A DNA stretch of 26,496 nt from Promethearchaeota archaeon (GCA_016840165.1 JAEOSU010000064.1:1-26496); one strand, 5' to 3'. Shown: positions 8,027 through 18,870, numbered from the stretch's first letter. Translations and numbers: made by a program. The notes: a model not told the origin generated them from the sequence alone.

Positions 8027-9547
8027 ATGCCCTTGAAGGTTGGAATTGTTTTTAATTATCTTCAGTTACCAGATGTATTACAATATCCATTTGTGATTAA
8101 TAAAAGAACAGATGATATTGTGATCAAAAAAGGCATGTTTGTCTACACAAATTCTTTAGAAGGTTTTCTGATTGGCATAGTAGAAAAAATCGTACTTTTA
8201 AACGAATATTTTTCAGATGCCCTTACCATAAAAGCCTACAATAATAATAGCAATCCCAATATCCTGAAAGGGCTTTTTCCAAGTGATGATTTTGAATATG
8301 CAATAGCGATTGTAAGAAATTTAGGAATCATTGAATTTTCGGCAAATTCAAAGGATTCTATAGAGAAAATTTCAAGAATGACATATCCTGCAAGCCCCGG
8401 AAAAGAAGTTTATCTAATAGAGAATAAAACACTTATCGATTTTATTGGTTTAGATGAGAAAAAAGGTTTAAATTTAGGCAAACTTAATTCAACGGATATA
8501 GAAGCCAAAATAAATATGGATCGATTGTTAAACAAACATTTTTCCATACTTTCTATATCAGGAGGAGGAAAAAGTTATTTAACATCAATTATTATCGAAG
8601 AGTTACTTACTCGAAATCCTTCCTATGGAACTCCAGCAATAATTTTAATAGATGTACATGGAGAATATACATATTTAAAAAATGTCAACAAAATCAAAAA
8701 TAAGGTAAAACTCATTGATATGTCATATTTTCAAGCTTCAGTGCCTCAAATGAGTCCCTATATATTCCGGAAGTATCAAGAGCAAATTTCACACGTTCAG
8801 ATTAGGGAATTAGCTAAAACTATTAAAAAATTACGTGAAAGAAAGGATAATAATGGTATTTATGGAATAAAGGATATTATAAAGTCAATTGAAAATGATT
8901 CAGATGGAAGTAAATCAACTAAACAAGCTTTAATAGGCTGGTTATCTGAATTAGATAGATTAACTATTTTCGGTCCTCAAGAAAATCCAACTTTAAATAA
9001 TATCGTAAATCAAGGTGAATTAATTATTTTTAACCTTGAGAAAGAAACATCAATTCGAAAAAAGCAAATTCTAGTTGACTATATCTGTAATCGTTTATTT
9101 TATTTAAGAAGATTGCAAAAAATTGCTCCTTTTTTGCTTATTATAGAAGAAGCTCACCAATTCTGTCCTGAAGCAGCTCATTCTAAAGCGTTATCTAAAA
9201 GTATTATCGAAACTATCGCACGAGAAGGAAGAAAATTTATGGCCTGTCTCTGTTTGATTAGTCAAAGACCTAAAAAGTTAAGTACAACGGCATTATCTCA
9301 GACTAACTCCAAACTAATTCTCAATATAAAGAATCCTTATGATCTTAAACACTTAATGGATAGTTCGGAAGCAATCACTAAAGATTTTACCGATATGATT
9401 TCAAGTTTGGGAGTTGGAGAAATGCTTCTAATGGGCAATGCAGTAAATTACCCGGTCTTCGTAAAAGTAAGAAAAAGGAATTTCAAATCAAATATGGAAA
9501 CAATAATTTTATCAAAAGTCTGTTTAAATTGGAAAATTGAAAATTAA
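8027..9547 (+). CDS. HerA/FtsK-family (DUF87) ATPase/helicase with N-terminal HAS-barrel-like region
   Basis: KHFSILSISGGGKS (Walker A), IDVHGEY, IIEEAHQF (Walker B), AREGRKF (Arg finger) and LISQRP. ATG at 8027 preferred over TTG at 7979. Confidence 0.88.
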   Translation: MPLKVGIVFNYLQLPDVLQYPFVINKRTDDIVIKKGMFVYTNSLEGFLIGIVEKIVLLNEYFSDALTIKAYNNNSNPNILKGLFPSDDFEYAIAIVRNLGIIEFSANSKDSIEKISRMTYPASPGKEVYLIENKTLIDFIGLDEKKGLNLGKLNSTDIEAKINMDRLLNKHFSILSISGGGKSYLTSIIIEELLTRNPSYGTPAIILIDVHGEYTYLKNVNKIKNKVKLIDMSYFQASVPQMSPYIFRKYQEQISHVQIRELAKTIKKLRERKDNNGIYGIKDIIKSIENDSDGSKSTKQALIGWLSELDRLTIFGPQENPTLNNIVNQGELIIFNLEKETSIRKKQILVDYICNRLFYLRRLQKIAPFLLIIEEAHQFCPEAAHSKALSKSIIETIAREGRKFMACLCLISQRPKKLSTTALSQTNSKLILNIKNPYDLKHLMDSSEAITKDFTDMISSLGVGEMLLMGNAVNYPVFVKVRKRNFKSNMETIILSKVCLNWKIEN

Positions 9548-9816
9548 TATGATTGAATTATAGCATCATCTTTAATATTTTGATTACGCTTATTATAAAC
9601 AATCATTTTCTTATTCTTAGAGACTCGAAAAACGTTGATAATATTTAAAGATTCCAATTTCATAAAAATTTCTTCAAGATACAATGAATTTACAAATGGA
9701 AATTCCTTCTTAAGGAGTTCTTCGATGCGTTTATCCAACATCTCGCCTTTATTTTTTATTAAAATATCAATAATAGAATTAATAACGGGTTTTTGATTCC
9801 AACGGTGTGCTTCTAT
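9544..9816 (-). CDS. Small winged-helix-like protein, probably 90 aa from an ATA start (ORF track gives 65 aa from 9741)
   Basis: The frame is open from 9741 up to TGA at 9823-9825. AGGTGA SD (9823-9828) lies 6 nt before ATA at 9816. The extended protein (M)EAHRWNQKPVINSIIDILIKNKGEMLDKRIEELL...FMKLESLNIINV...KKMIV has a three-helix plus wing pattern. Confidence 0.65.
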   Translation of the reverse strand: MEAHRWNQKPVINSIIDILIKNKGEMLDKRIEELLKKEFPFVNSLYLEEIFMKLESLNIINVFRVSKNKKMIVYNKRNQNIKDDAIIQSY

Positions 9817-9867
9817 AATACTTCACCTAAATAGTATATATAATCTATTTTTAATTAATTTTTCCTA

Positions 9868-12114
9868 TTAAATAAATAAACGATCTTCTTTAGACTTTTC
9901 AATAATTCGGCTCTTTAGATTTTTTCCGAATTGCTCGAACCATTTTATTAGTTCTGGTGTGATGGTAGGATGTAATATTTCCTGAGCTTTATTAAAATGA
10001 TCACTATTAACTTTTCTCGCTCTTATATTTTCTCTAAGAGCAATCATCGCGGCCTCACGGCATAAGGTTTCAATATCTGCGCCTGAATATCCTTTTAAAT
10101 TTTTACTCAATTCCTTGATATCAACATCACTACTTAAAGGCATATTTTTTGTGAATATCTTTAAGATTTCGAGTTTACTTTGCTCATCTGGAGGTGGGAC
10201 TAAGAGTATTCGATCAATTCTTCCCGGTCTTATTAACGCTGGATCTAATATATCTGGACGATTTGTAGCAGCAATTACTATAATATCTTTCTTTATTTCT
10301 AATCCATCAAGTTCTGTTAAAAATTGAGACAGCACCTTTTCTGATACTCCTGAATCCGACGTATGTCGACCTCTACTAGGTGCTATGGAATCAAACTCAT
10401 CAAAAAATATAATACATGGCGCTGCCATTTTAGCTTTACGAAAAACTTCCCGTATCGCTTTTTCACTTTCACCAACGTATTTTGATAATAGTTCTGGACC
10501 CTTAATTGATATAAAATTTGCTTTACTTTCATTAGCAACGGCTCTCGCCAATAAAGTCTTTCCACAACCTGGAGGACCATATAATAATATTCCTTTAGGA
10601 GGATTTATGCCCATTCGCTCAAAAATCTTAGGATTCGATAATGGCCAATCAACTGCCTCAATTAGCATCTGTTTTAAATCATTTAATCCCCCTATACTAT
10701 CCCACGTCTGATTAGGTACTTCAACAAATACTTCTCTAATTCCTGAAGGTAAAACTTCCTTAAGGGCTGTTTTAAAATCCTCTAAAGTGACTTCTATAGA
10801 ATCCAATAACTCAGGATCAATATTATCGGATTCTAGATCAATTTTTGGTAGATATCGTCTTAATGCTGACATTGCTGCTTCTCTCGCTACCGCTGAAATA
10901 TCCGCACCAACAAAACCATGTGTTATGTTAGCAAAGTTTTTTAAATCAATTTGTTCATCTAACGGCATATTTCTTGTGTGAATTTGAAATATTTCTCTCC
11001 GACCTTTTTCATTTGGCACTTTAATTTCAATTTCTCGATCAAATCGTCCAGGACGCCGTAAAGCAGAATCCAAACTATTTGGTCTATTAGTAGCTCCAAT
11101 AACTATCACTCTCCCCCTACTATGTAATCCATCCATTAACGCTAATAATTGAGCTACGACTCTTCTTTCGACTTCTCCGGTGACAGTTTCTCTCTTAGGG
11201 GCAATAGCGTCTATCTCATCGATAAAAATGATTGAAGGGTTCTTTTCTTCTGCTTCAATAAATATTTTCCTTAATTTTTTTTCAGATTCTCCATAGAATT
11301 TACTCATTATTTCTGGACCATTGATAGAAATGAAGTGCGCCTCACTTTCATTTGCAACTGCACGAGCTAACAAAGTTTTACCACATCCAGGAGGTCCTCT
11401 AAGTAGAACTCCTTTCGGAGGGTCAATACCTAAGCGTTTAAATAAAGAGGGATGCCGAAGTGGTAACTCCACCATTTCCCTTACGCGCTGTATTTCTCTG
11501 TCTAATCCACCAACATCTTCATACGTGACATACTCTGGACCACCCTCCTCACCTTCAGTAATATGCTCACTTATATGTAGATTAGTCTCTTGTTCAATCT
11601 TGCATATCCCACTCGGTTTCATACTAATTACTTTAAAAACTATTTCCCTGCTAATACCAATAGAAATGTAAATATAATCATCAATAGTTGCGGGATAATT
11701 ATTCAATTTACGCTTAACAAATGTTTCAAATTTTGGATTGGTTTTAAGCTTTATTTTGGATGGTGCTAATACTATACTCTGAGCAGTTTGAGTTTTAATT
11801 TTTCTAATATCGATCATATCATCGATAGCAGTTCCGGTGTTCTTCCGAATTCTGGGATCAATACGAATTATACCTAATCCCTCATCTTGAGGATAACTTG
11901 GCCAAGCAATCCCTGCGCTTAATTTCTTTCCAAATAACGCAATGACATCACCAGCCTGCATTTTTAATTGTTCCATAGTTTTACGATCAATACGAATAAT
12001 ATTCCGTCCATAATCTCTTTTTTTAGCGTTTTGAACACGTAAAGATACCTTTTCCGAATCAGTTTCGAAAATCTTTTCTTTCTCATCACTTTTCTTATCA
12101 TCTGTAGGGGTCAT
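9868..12114 (-). CDS. cdc48: CDC48/VCP(p97)-family AAA+ ATPase
   Basis: N-domain plus two AAA modules, each with GPPGCGKT, Walker B (IFIDEID / IFFDEFD) and SRH (ATNRP...RPGR). Confidence 0.97.
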   Translation of the reverse strand: MTPTDDKKSDEKEKIFETDSEKVSLRVQNAKKRDYGRNIIRIDRKTMEQLKMQAGDVIALFGKKLSAGIAWPSYPQDEGLGIIRIDPRIRKNTGTAIDDMIDIRKIKTQTAQSIVLAPSKIKLKTNPKFETFVKRKLNNYPATIDDYIYISIGISREIVFKVISMKPSGICKIEQETNLHISEHITEGEEGGPEYVTYEDVGGLDREIQRVREMVELPLRHPSLFKRLGIDPPKGVLLRGPPGCGKTLLARAVANESEAHFISINGPEIMSKFYGESEKKLRKIFIEAEEKNPSIIFIDEIDAIAPKRETVTGEVERRVVAQLLALMDGLHSRGRVIVIGATNRPNSLDSALRRPGRFDREIEIKVPNEKGRREIFQIHTRNMPLDEQIDLKNFANITHGFVGADISAVAREAAMSALRRYLPKIDLESDNIDPELLDSIEVTLEDFKTALKEVLPSGIREVFVEVPNQTWDSIGGLNDLKQMLIEAVDWPLSNPKIFERMGINPPKGILLYGPPGCGKTLLARAVANESKANFISIKGPELLSKYVGESEKAIREVFRKAKMAAPCIIFFDEFDSIAPSRGRHTSDSGVSEKVLSQFLTELDGLEIKKDIIVIAATNRPDILDPALIRPGRIDRILLVPPPDEQSKLEILKIFTKNMPLSSDVDIKELSKNLKGYSGADIETLCREAAMIALRENIRARKVNSDHFNKAQEILHPTITPELIKWFEQFGKNLKSRIIEKSKEDRLFI

Positions 12115-12192
12115 ATTATATCTTCACTATAAACCTAAGTTTTCTTAATTATTTGAATTATTAATTTTGTAAAAACTTTTCTCTATTTTTGC

Positions 12193-13248
12193 TTAGTTCT
12201 TTTTAAAGAAATCATCTAAAGATGCTTGTCTTTTGGAAAGATCTTGCTTTTTTATTTGCTTTAAAGCATTCTTTACTCTTTGAGAGGAGAAGTTATGCTC
12301 TTCAATTAGTAGCTCTTCAACTTTATCATAATTAATTCCCCTCCATTTTGGCTTGGTATAATTCTGGTTCACATTTGGCTTTAAAAAAATCTCCTTAATC
12401 TCATTAACAATATCTAGACTAATATCTATAGATTTATTCCTAATGGTTATATTGTTCCTTATAATATTCTCCAATGATCCGTGTTTTTTTATTAGATCTA
12501 AGGCCGTATGTTGCCCGATACCCTTTATGCCAGGATAGAAATCAGTTCCAATTAATATGCCCATTTCAATTAATTGTTCTCGATTAATATTAAGCTGTTC
12601 TAAAAATTTTGATAATGAAATATACTCGATATCCACACTAGTAGTGGTATCTTTAACTTTTCTAGTTCTAGTTATTGCAAAGTTACGGATTAACCGTTTA
12701 GCACCAAATAAAAGGGAATCATAATCTTGGGACCCGCATGCCCAAGCATCTCCTTTACTAACAAGGTAAGCGGCTTGAGCTTCGCCTTCAGAATCTGCTT
12801 GAATTACAGGTATTCCGAGATATTCAATCAACTTTTTACTTTCTCTGATCATACTTTCATTTAGTGTGGATGAGTATTGAGCATATCGCATTGCTTTTTC
12901 GAAATCTTCCTTTTCTTGGGCCTCGACCATTTTTTCGCGAGCCTCCTTTTTTCCTTTCTTTCTTTCTCTTATTGTGTCCAATTTCAATTCTGAGGGCGTT
13001 CCATCAAAAACATAAATAGGCTTTATATTATGTTCGAGAAAGTTAAGAGTCCTATAAAACAATCCAGAGAGGTGAGAAGTCACATTTCCTTCATAATCTT
13101 TCAATGGAGTGCCATCTTTTTGCCTAATTATAGCCAAAAATTGATAAATAGTATTAAAGGCATCAATTGCAATTTCCTTATTGAGTAAGTTTTCAAAGGA
13201 TATTACTTTTCTTGTTTTGCTTACCAATTCATTTATTTTTGTGCCCAT
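12193..13248 (-). CDS. fen: Flap endonuclease 1
   Basis: MG start, IAIDAFN..YQFL, TSHLSGLFYR, YVFDG, EGEAQAA, SQDYDSLLFG, GTDF.PGIKGIG (H3TH) and C-terminal PIP box QASLDDFF. Confidence 0.97.
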   Translation of the reverse strand: MGTKINELVSKTRKVISFENLLNKEIAIDAFNTIYQFLAIIRQKDGTPLKDYEGNVTSHLSGLFYRTLNFLEHNIKPIYVFDGTPSELKLDTIRERKKGKKEAREKMVEAQEKEDFEKAMRYAQYSSTLNESMIRESKKLIEYLGIPVIQADSEGEAQAAYLVSKGDAWACGSQDYDSLLFGAKRLIRNFAITRTRKVKDTTTSVDIEYISLSKFLEQLNINREQLIEMGILIGTDFYPGIKGIGQHTALDLIKKHGSLENIIRNNITIRNKSIDISLDIVNEIKEIFLKPNVNQNYTKPKWRGINYDKVEELLIEEHNFSSQRVKNALKQIKKQDLSKRQASLDDFFKKN

Positions 13249-13314
13249 TCTTTATCTTTTACCTTATTATTCAATAATTATGTAGTATTATTCATTTATA
13301 TTTTACACGTTATT

Positions 13315-13863
13315 TTATTCCCTTTTTTTAGGTCTTCTTTTTAATTTTGACCCACAAACCTCACAATACTTCAAAATATTCTCAGTAGAATATTTTTCTT
13401 TACAAGATGGACAATAAAGCTCAAATATTTTTTGATTTTTTATTCCCTTTTTGAAGATTGAGTTGAATTTTATATTCATCTCCGAACAGAGGTTCTGAAC
13501 TGTATAATCATTTGAATATAATGTGACTTCTTCTCCAGAAGTCTCCATTAATTCTAACGCTAAAGCGATTAATTCAATATCTGCTTTTGAAAGAGCATTA
13601 ACATCACCTGTGATTTTAGAAGCATCTAGTGTTCTATTTATATACTCTTCTTTAGGATCTCTAATAATTAGTTGTTCTTTGTTTACTGCTACTTCGATCC
13701 TATTGATGATATTTCGATTTTTGTTTTGATACTTTAATACTTTAATCTCATCAATGATTTTATGAGTAGTATACATTTTTTCTTTAAAGATATTAATATC
13801 TATTCCTTTCAGGAAGATATTTGTATCAATAATGAGAATTGAAATCTTCTTCTGGGCTATCAT
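13315..13863 (-). CDS. nob1: Nob1-family PIN endoribonuclease with Zn ribbon (SSU rRNA maturation)
   Basis: IIDTNIF, DE, TGD...LS.AD..LIALA, NDYTVQN, CPSC...CEVCGS.L.R. Overlaps the NAD kinase 3' end by 38 bp. Confidence 0.88.
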   Translation of the reverse strand: MIAQKKISILIIDTNIFLKGIDINIFKEKMYTTHKIIDEIKVLKYQNKNRNIINRIEVAVNKEQLIIRDPKEEYINRTLDASKITGDVNALSKADIELIALALELMETSGEEVTLYSNDYTVQNLCSEMNIKFNSIFKKGIKNQKIFELYCPSCKEKYSTENILKYCEVCGSKLKRRPKKRE

Positions 13864-14752
13864 CTAAAGGAACTCTTATTGTACCAATGATTTTTTTCCT
13901 TAAGCGTCTAAAATAATTATCACTGAGACTTCTAGAAAACCGAATAAAATTAGAGTGTGCGTTAGCTTTTCGGATTTTTATAACTGTATTAGGAGATACG
14001 TTTCGAAAAGATTTTTGACCGTCAATAACAACATCCGCGTCTAATCGATGTCTTAATAGTTTAATTTCTACCTCACTTTCAATGGGCAAAATGATTGGTT
14101 TTAAACCAGACCGCGCAAAACTATTTAAAGGGGTTAGCTGCATGATATCTAATGAAGCATTGACAATAGACCCTCCCGCACTTAAGTTATAAGCTGTTGA
14201 ACCCGTGGAAGTAGAAACAATAACCCCATCTAAATAACTTCTATTCAGAAAAACACCATCTATCTTTACCGATACTAGTAATACTTTAGTACTCTTTGAG
14301 GATATTACCAGAACTTCGTTTAATGCATTATCCAGCTTATGCTCCTCATTGTTTTTAATGATATAGGCTGCGATTTTACTACATCTTTCTAAAATATACT
14401 CCTTTTTAAGTGCTCTTCTTAAATCATTAAAAATCGTTCTTTCATTAGATTCATCTAAAAAGCCCAGAGAACCAATATTAACTCCAAGTATTGGTGGAGG
14501 ATTCACTTGAGGTAAACTATTTGCTACTCTTAAAATAGTTCCATCTCCTCCAATAGAAATAATAAATTTTGTGTTTTGAGAATTCATCTCAGATAGATCT
14601 TTTCCACTATGAGGTAAAATTTTAGGGGAAATTCTAGTTTCTAAATATACAACTTCACCTTTCTTTACCAAGAATTCAAAAACTTTCTTAGTTAAATTAA
14701 TAGCCCTTTCTGAATCCATCCGACAAGCTAATGAAATCGCTTTTTTTTCCAT
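13826..14752 (-). CDS. nadK: NAD(+) kinase
   Basis: GGDGT, GVN.GSLGFL, ALNE, DGVIVSTSTGSTAYNLSAGG. Confidence 0.95.
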   Translation of the reverse strand: MEKKAISLACRMDSERAINLTKKVFEFLVKKGEVVYLETRISPKILPHSGKDLSEMNSQNTKFIISIGGDGTILRVANSLPQVNPPPILGVNIGSLGFLDESNERTIFNDLRRALKKEYILERCSKIAAYIIKNNEEHKLDNALNEVLVISSKSTKVLLVSVKIDGVFLNRSYLDGVIVSTSTGSTAYNLSAGGSIVNASLDIMQLTPLNSFARSGLKPIILPIESEVEIKLLRHRLDADVVIDGQKSFRNVSPNTVIKIRKANAHSNFIRFSRSLSDNYFRRLRKKIIGTIRVPLDDSPEEDFNSHY

Positions 14753-14837
14753 TTGCTCTAAAAATTAATATAAAATTTAATTTAACTTAAGGAAATTTTA
14801 TTTAATTATATTTGTCTTAAAAAGAGATAATTGGATA

Positions 14838-15266
14838 TTAATTGATGATTACTCTATTGATAAGGGTTTTTCCCGCTAATTGCCAGTATTCAACTTGAGC
14901 TAATGACATTTTTTGTGGATTTGCTCGTAAATCATTTAATTTCGCAACTAAATCGTCATCACTGGGCCATTTAACATCCATTGAATGATAAGACTCAAGA
15001 TCCATGATATTTATAAGTGCATCTTCTATAAAATTAACTTGAGCTGTGCCTTTAATAATTTCTGGAACCTCGACCATATGACCAGACGGTATAGTAAGAG
15101 ATCTCTTATTACTATCAAATACACCAACACAAACAACCCGAACTTTAGCGTGACCATGTTTTCCAGATTTGCTCCTCTCAGTTGATTTTATTACACATGG
15201 CTCTTCATCAACCATAATATACTGACCACTTTTTAATTTCTGAATTTCTGTTCTTCTAATACTCAT
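14838..15266 (-). CDS. eif5a: Translation factor aIF5A/eIF5A
   Basis: Hypusine loop SKSGKHGHAK, KOW-like N-domain, MDLESY in the OB domain. Confidence 0.95.
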   Translation of the reverse strand: MSIRRTEIQKLKSGQYIMVDEEPCVIKSTERSKSGKHGHAKVRVVCVGVFDSNKRSLTIPSGHMVEVPEIIKGTAQVNFIEDALINIMDLESYHSMDVKWPSDDDLVAKLNDLRANPQKMSLAQVEYWQLAGKTLINRVIIN

Positions 15267-15424
15267 TTTTAATTATCACTTTTTTAATTCTAATCTATAT
15301 TTCTTTTTGGAATGTTTTTAAATTTCACTTAACTTTTTTATATATTAATATCTTTATTCAAAAAAAAATATTAGTTTTTGACAATATTAGTTACTTAAGA
15401 TTAAAAGTTACTTGTGATTTTATC

Positions 15425-16795
15425 ATGGTTCTCGAAAAATTAGGGCGCTCTTTAGAACAAGCAATAAGAAAAGTCCGAAGATTGCCAATTGTAGATAAAG
15501 ATGCTATTAATGCATTGATTCAAGATTTACAGCGAGCATTATTAAGTTCAGATGTGAAAGTTGAGTTAGTTTTTGAGATGACAGAAAATATAAAAAAGGA
15601 TGCAATGAACACAAAACTTACAAAAGCTAAACGAAAAGACTTCATTATTAAGCTCGTTCATGATGAACTTATCAAAACTTTAGGTGGAAAACCTGCTCCC
15701 ATAAGATTAAAATCTGGAAAGAGTAATGTAATCCTTTTAGTTGGAATCCAAGGCTCTGGAAAAACCACAACCGTTGGAAAGCTCGCAAGGTTTTATAAAA
15801 ATAAAGGTTATAAAGTTGCGGCTGTAACAACTGATACATATAGACCTGGTGCTTATGAACAATTAGTTCAGCTTACGAATCAAATTGATGTAAAATGTTT
15901 TGGTAATCCAGATGAGAAGAATGCCATTAAAATTGCTGTAAAAGAAACTAAAAAAGCCATAAATGGAGGATACGACATAATTTTGGTAGACACTGCTGGA
16001 AGGCATAAGGAAGAAAAAGAATTAATGCTTGAAATGCAAAAAATTGAAAGTGCACTAAAACCAAATGAAGTTATTCTCGTAATAGATGGGACTTTAGGAC
16101 AATTAGCTTATTCTCAAGCAGAGGAATTTGCCAAAGCAACTAATATTGGAAGTATTATAGTGACCAAATTAGATGGAACCGCAAAAGGAGGTGGAGCACT
16201 TTCCGCCTGTGCTGCGACTAATCAATCAATTAGATTCATAGGTTTAGGTGAAAAAATTGATGAATTTGAAGAATTCGATCCTACTTCTTTTGTAGGGACA
16301 TTATTAGGTATTCCTGATATTGAAGGATTAGTTAAAAAAGTACAAGAAGCAGAGGTTGATATCGATCCAGATATGGCAAAGAGAATGATGAGAGGAAAAT
16401 TCACCTTAGACGATCTTTATTATCAACTTAAGTCAATTAAAAAAGTCGGAAAGATGAAGAATATTCTTGCAATGGTAGGTGGTGGAAATATTCCCGATGC
16501 ACTAAAAGATGATGCGGAAAGAAATTTAGAAAAATGGGAGATTGTATTAAACTCTATGACAAAAGAGGAAAAGGAAAATCCAAAAATCATTAAAAAAACT
16601 AGAAAAAGAAGGATTGCTATAGGAAGTGGATCAGATTATTCCACTATTAATCGCATGTTAGATCAATACAATCAGATGAAGAAATTTATGAAAAGATTTC
16701 TGCAAATGCAGAAGAAAGGAAAGGGAATGCCTGGAGTCCCCGGTGGAATGGCACAGTTTTTGAATAAAATGGGAAAAGATTTTAAATTCTCTTAA
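15425..16795 (+). CDS. srp54: Signal recognition particle 54 kDa protein
   Basis: [33 protein letters not shown]; Met-rich M domain with FTLDD, SMT.EE and RIA.GSG. Confidence 0.98.
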   Translation: MVLEKLGRSLEQAIRKVRRLPIVDKDAINALIQDLQRALLSSDVKVELVFEMTENIKKDAMNTKLTKAKRKDFIIKLVHDELIKTLGGKPAPIRLKSGKSNVILLVGIQGSGKTTTVGKLARFYKNKGYKVAAVTTDTYRPGAYEQLVQLTNQIDVKCFGNPDEKNAIKIAVKETKKAINGGYDIILVDTAGRHKEEKELMLEMQKIESALKPNEVILVIDGTLGQLAYSQAEEFAKATNIGSIIVTKLDGTAKGGGALSACAATNQSIRFIGLGEKIDEFEEFDPTSFVGTLLGIPDIEGLVKKVQEAEVDIDPDMAKRMMRGKFTLDDLYYQLKSIKKVGKMKNILAMVGGGNIPDALKDDAERNLEKWEIVLNSMTKEEKENPKIIKKTRKRRIAIGSGSDYSTINRMLDQYNQMKKFMKRFLQMQKKGKGMPGVPGGMAQFLNKMGKDFKFS

Positions 16796-16807
16796 AAAGT
16801 ATATTTT

Positions 16808-17470
16808 TTGATCAAATTGACGGAATTCTTATTAATTCTTGAGAATCTAACAAATTACAATAAAAAAGATGTCGATCAAGGAAAAATTCCATCAGATGTC
16901 TACATTATTTGCTCATGCATAAGAAATGTTTTCTGTCTTTCATATTCAATTAGAAAGGATAACATATTTTACCTCTTTATTACGAAACGCAATTTAATTA
17001 TCAAATTAGATGGAAAAAGACTAAAGTATTTAGGTCCGGATGAACGCTCCCAGTCTTTGCTCCTCAATAAAGCATTAAATCTCTCCAATCAGACATATAA
17101 TATGAAAAATCAATTAGATTGGATCAAATCTACTCCTGGAATTTTTATTCAAAACTTTCCATCAGAAAAGAGTTTAGTAGATATTCTTATTTCAATAACT
17201 AATAAAAATTTCGCGATATTTAATGGAAATAATATCCTTTTTACTGATTTCATAAAAATATCTCCAAAAAACTTGAAACAGCTAGAGAGATCTTTCCTCA
17301 TTTTTCCTTCTTATCTCAATAATCATAATAATTTTGAAATATTTTATCAATTAAATGAGAAAAAAACAATTTTAAACTTTAAAATACCATATATTAAATC
17401 CATCGAAGATAAAATTTTATATATTAATTTTCAAATAGATAGACTTAAAGAAAAGAATTTACTCGACTGA
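16808..17470 (+). CDS. trmY: TrmY-like (tRNA pseudouridine-54 N1-methyltransferase, SPOUT) protein, divergent
   Basis: C.CI...F.LSYSIRKD, LKYLGPDERS..LL.KAL and STPGI match the N-terminal TrmY motifs. The C-terminal SAM-binding motifs are not recognisable. Confidence 0.65.
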   Translation: MIKLTEFLLILENLTNYNKKDVDQGKIPSDVYIICSCIRNVFCLSYSIRKDNIFYLFITKRNLIIKLDGKRLKYLGPDERSQSLLLNKALNLSNQTYNMKNQLDWIKSTPGIFIQNFPSEKSLVDILISITNKNFAIFNGNNILFTDFIKISPKNLKQLERSFLIFPSYLNNHNNFEIFYQLNEKKTILNFKIPYIKSIEDKILYINFQIDRLKEKNLLD

Positions 17471-17472
17471 TA

Positions 17473-18870
17473 ATGATTCTTAAGAATGCAAATATTTACT
17501 ACAATGGACAATTAAATAAAGGTGCCATTTTAATTCAAGATGGAATCATTAAATCGATATATAAAGAATCTGATACCAATAATTTTAACTTATTAAAGGA
17601 GAGTAATAAGGATAAAATTGAGATTGACTGCAAGGAACGATGTATTTTACCCGGAATGATAGATATTCACTCACATTTACGGGATATGGGGCAATCTGAT
17701 AAAGAAACGTTCTATTCAGGAACAAAAGCCGCAGCATATTCAGGGATCACAACTGTATTCACTATGCCCAATACAAAACCACCAGCAATAACCGCTAAAC
17801 AACTGAGTAAATGGAAAAATAAGGCAAAAAATAATATTTTTATTGATGTAGGATTTATATCTGGAGTTCCTAAATCTATAAATGAGGATGAAATTAAAAA
17901 GATATTAAAACTTGGTATTGTAGGTTTTAAAATATATCCTTTAAAACCGCTAAACGGAATTGATTGGACTATAGGCAATAACATTCAAAGACTTCTTCAT
18001 ATTTCTGCTAACTATCAAGTACCAATATTTATACATGCAGATTGGCCTTTGAGAACTGGCGAGGAGGAATATTTAAAAAAAGAATATTCTAAATTACCTT
18101 TTCTGAAACTGCATAATAAATTGCATCCAGAAAAAAATGAGGCAAGATATGTGAATTTTATATTAGATAATTATATGGAATTCATAAAAATAAGATCACC
18201 TCAATTTTTTAATCCCATTATTCATTTCTGTCATATTAGTTGTAAAGAAAGCTTTATTGAAATCAAAAATTTTATGGAAAAAACAAAAGATCTCTCTAAT
18301 ATATATGTATCATTTGAGGTGACTCCACATCATCTTTTATTATCAAATGAGATTAATTTAAAAAATGAAGCTATAGGGAAAGTTCTGCCTCCTTTAAGAG
18401 ATAAAACAGAGCCAACTTATCTTTTTAAGCAATTAAAAGAGGGAAATATTTCCCTAATAGGGACAGATCATGCTCCCCATACTATAAATGAAAAATTAAC
18501 AAATAAATTCAAGGCACCTAATGGATTCCCTGGATTTGAAACATATTCATATCTACTATTGCAAAAAGTACTTGAGAATGAGATTTCTTTAAAAAGATTT
18601 GTTGAAGTCTCGTCTGAGAACCCCTCACAAAAATTTAACCTTAAAAACAAAGGTTTTATCGAAGAAGGAAAAGATGCTGACCTTATTATAATAGATAAAG
18701 TCAAAAAACATTCAATTACTTCACACAAATTTAAAACTAAAGCAAAATTTACACCCTTCGAAAATTCAGAAATATCTCATAGACAGACACAAATTTTGAT
18801 TTGGAAAGTATTTTTACGCGGTCAAGAGATAAATTCTGAGAAGATAAGACCAAGCGGAAAAATAATATAA
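17473..18870 (+). CDS. pyrC: Dihydroorotase (cyclic amidohydrolase family)
   Basis: PGMIDIHSHLRD, MPNT.P, GFKIY (carbamylated Lys), IHAD, HFCHIS, EVTPHHL, PPLR, GTDHAPH, G.PG.ET. Confidence 0.85.
   Translation: MILKNANIYYNGQLNKGAILIQDGIIKSIYKESDTNNFNLLKESNKDKIEIDCKERCILPGMIDIHSHLRDMGQSDKETFYSGTKAAAYSGITTVFTMPNTKPPAITAKQLSKWKNKAKNNIFIDVGFISGVPKSINEDEIKKILKLGIVGFKIYPLKPLNGIDWTIGNNIQRLLHISANYQVPIFIHADWPLRTGEEEYLKKEYSKLPFLKLHNKLHPEKNEARYVNFILDNYMEFIKIRSPQFFNPIIHFCHISCKESFIEIKNFMEKTKDLSNIYVSFEVTPHHLLLSNEINLKNEAIGKVLPPLRDKTEPTYLFKQLKEGNISLIGTDHAPHTINEKLTNKFKAPNGFPGFETYSYLLLQKVLENEISLKRFVEVSSENPSQKFNLKNKGFIEEGKDADLIIIDKVKKHSITSHKFKTKAKFTPFENSEISHRQTQILIWKVFLRGQEINSEKIRPSGKII

Noticed and set aside
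8027-9547. HerA as part of an anti-phage system (Sir2-HerA or nuclease-HerA)
   Set aside because: No adjacent Sir2 or nuclease effector, and the context is housekeeping genes.
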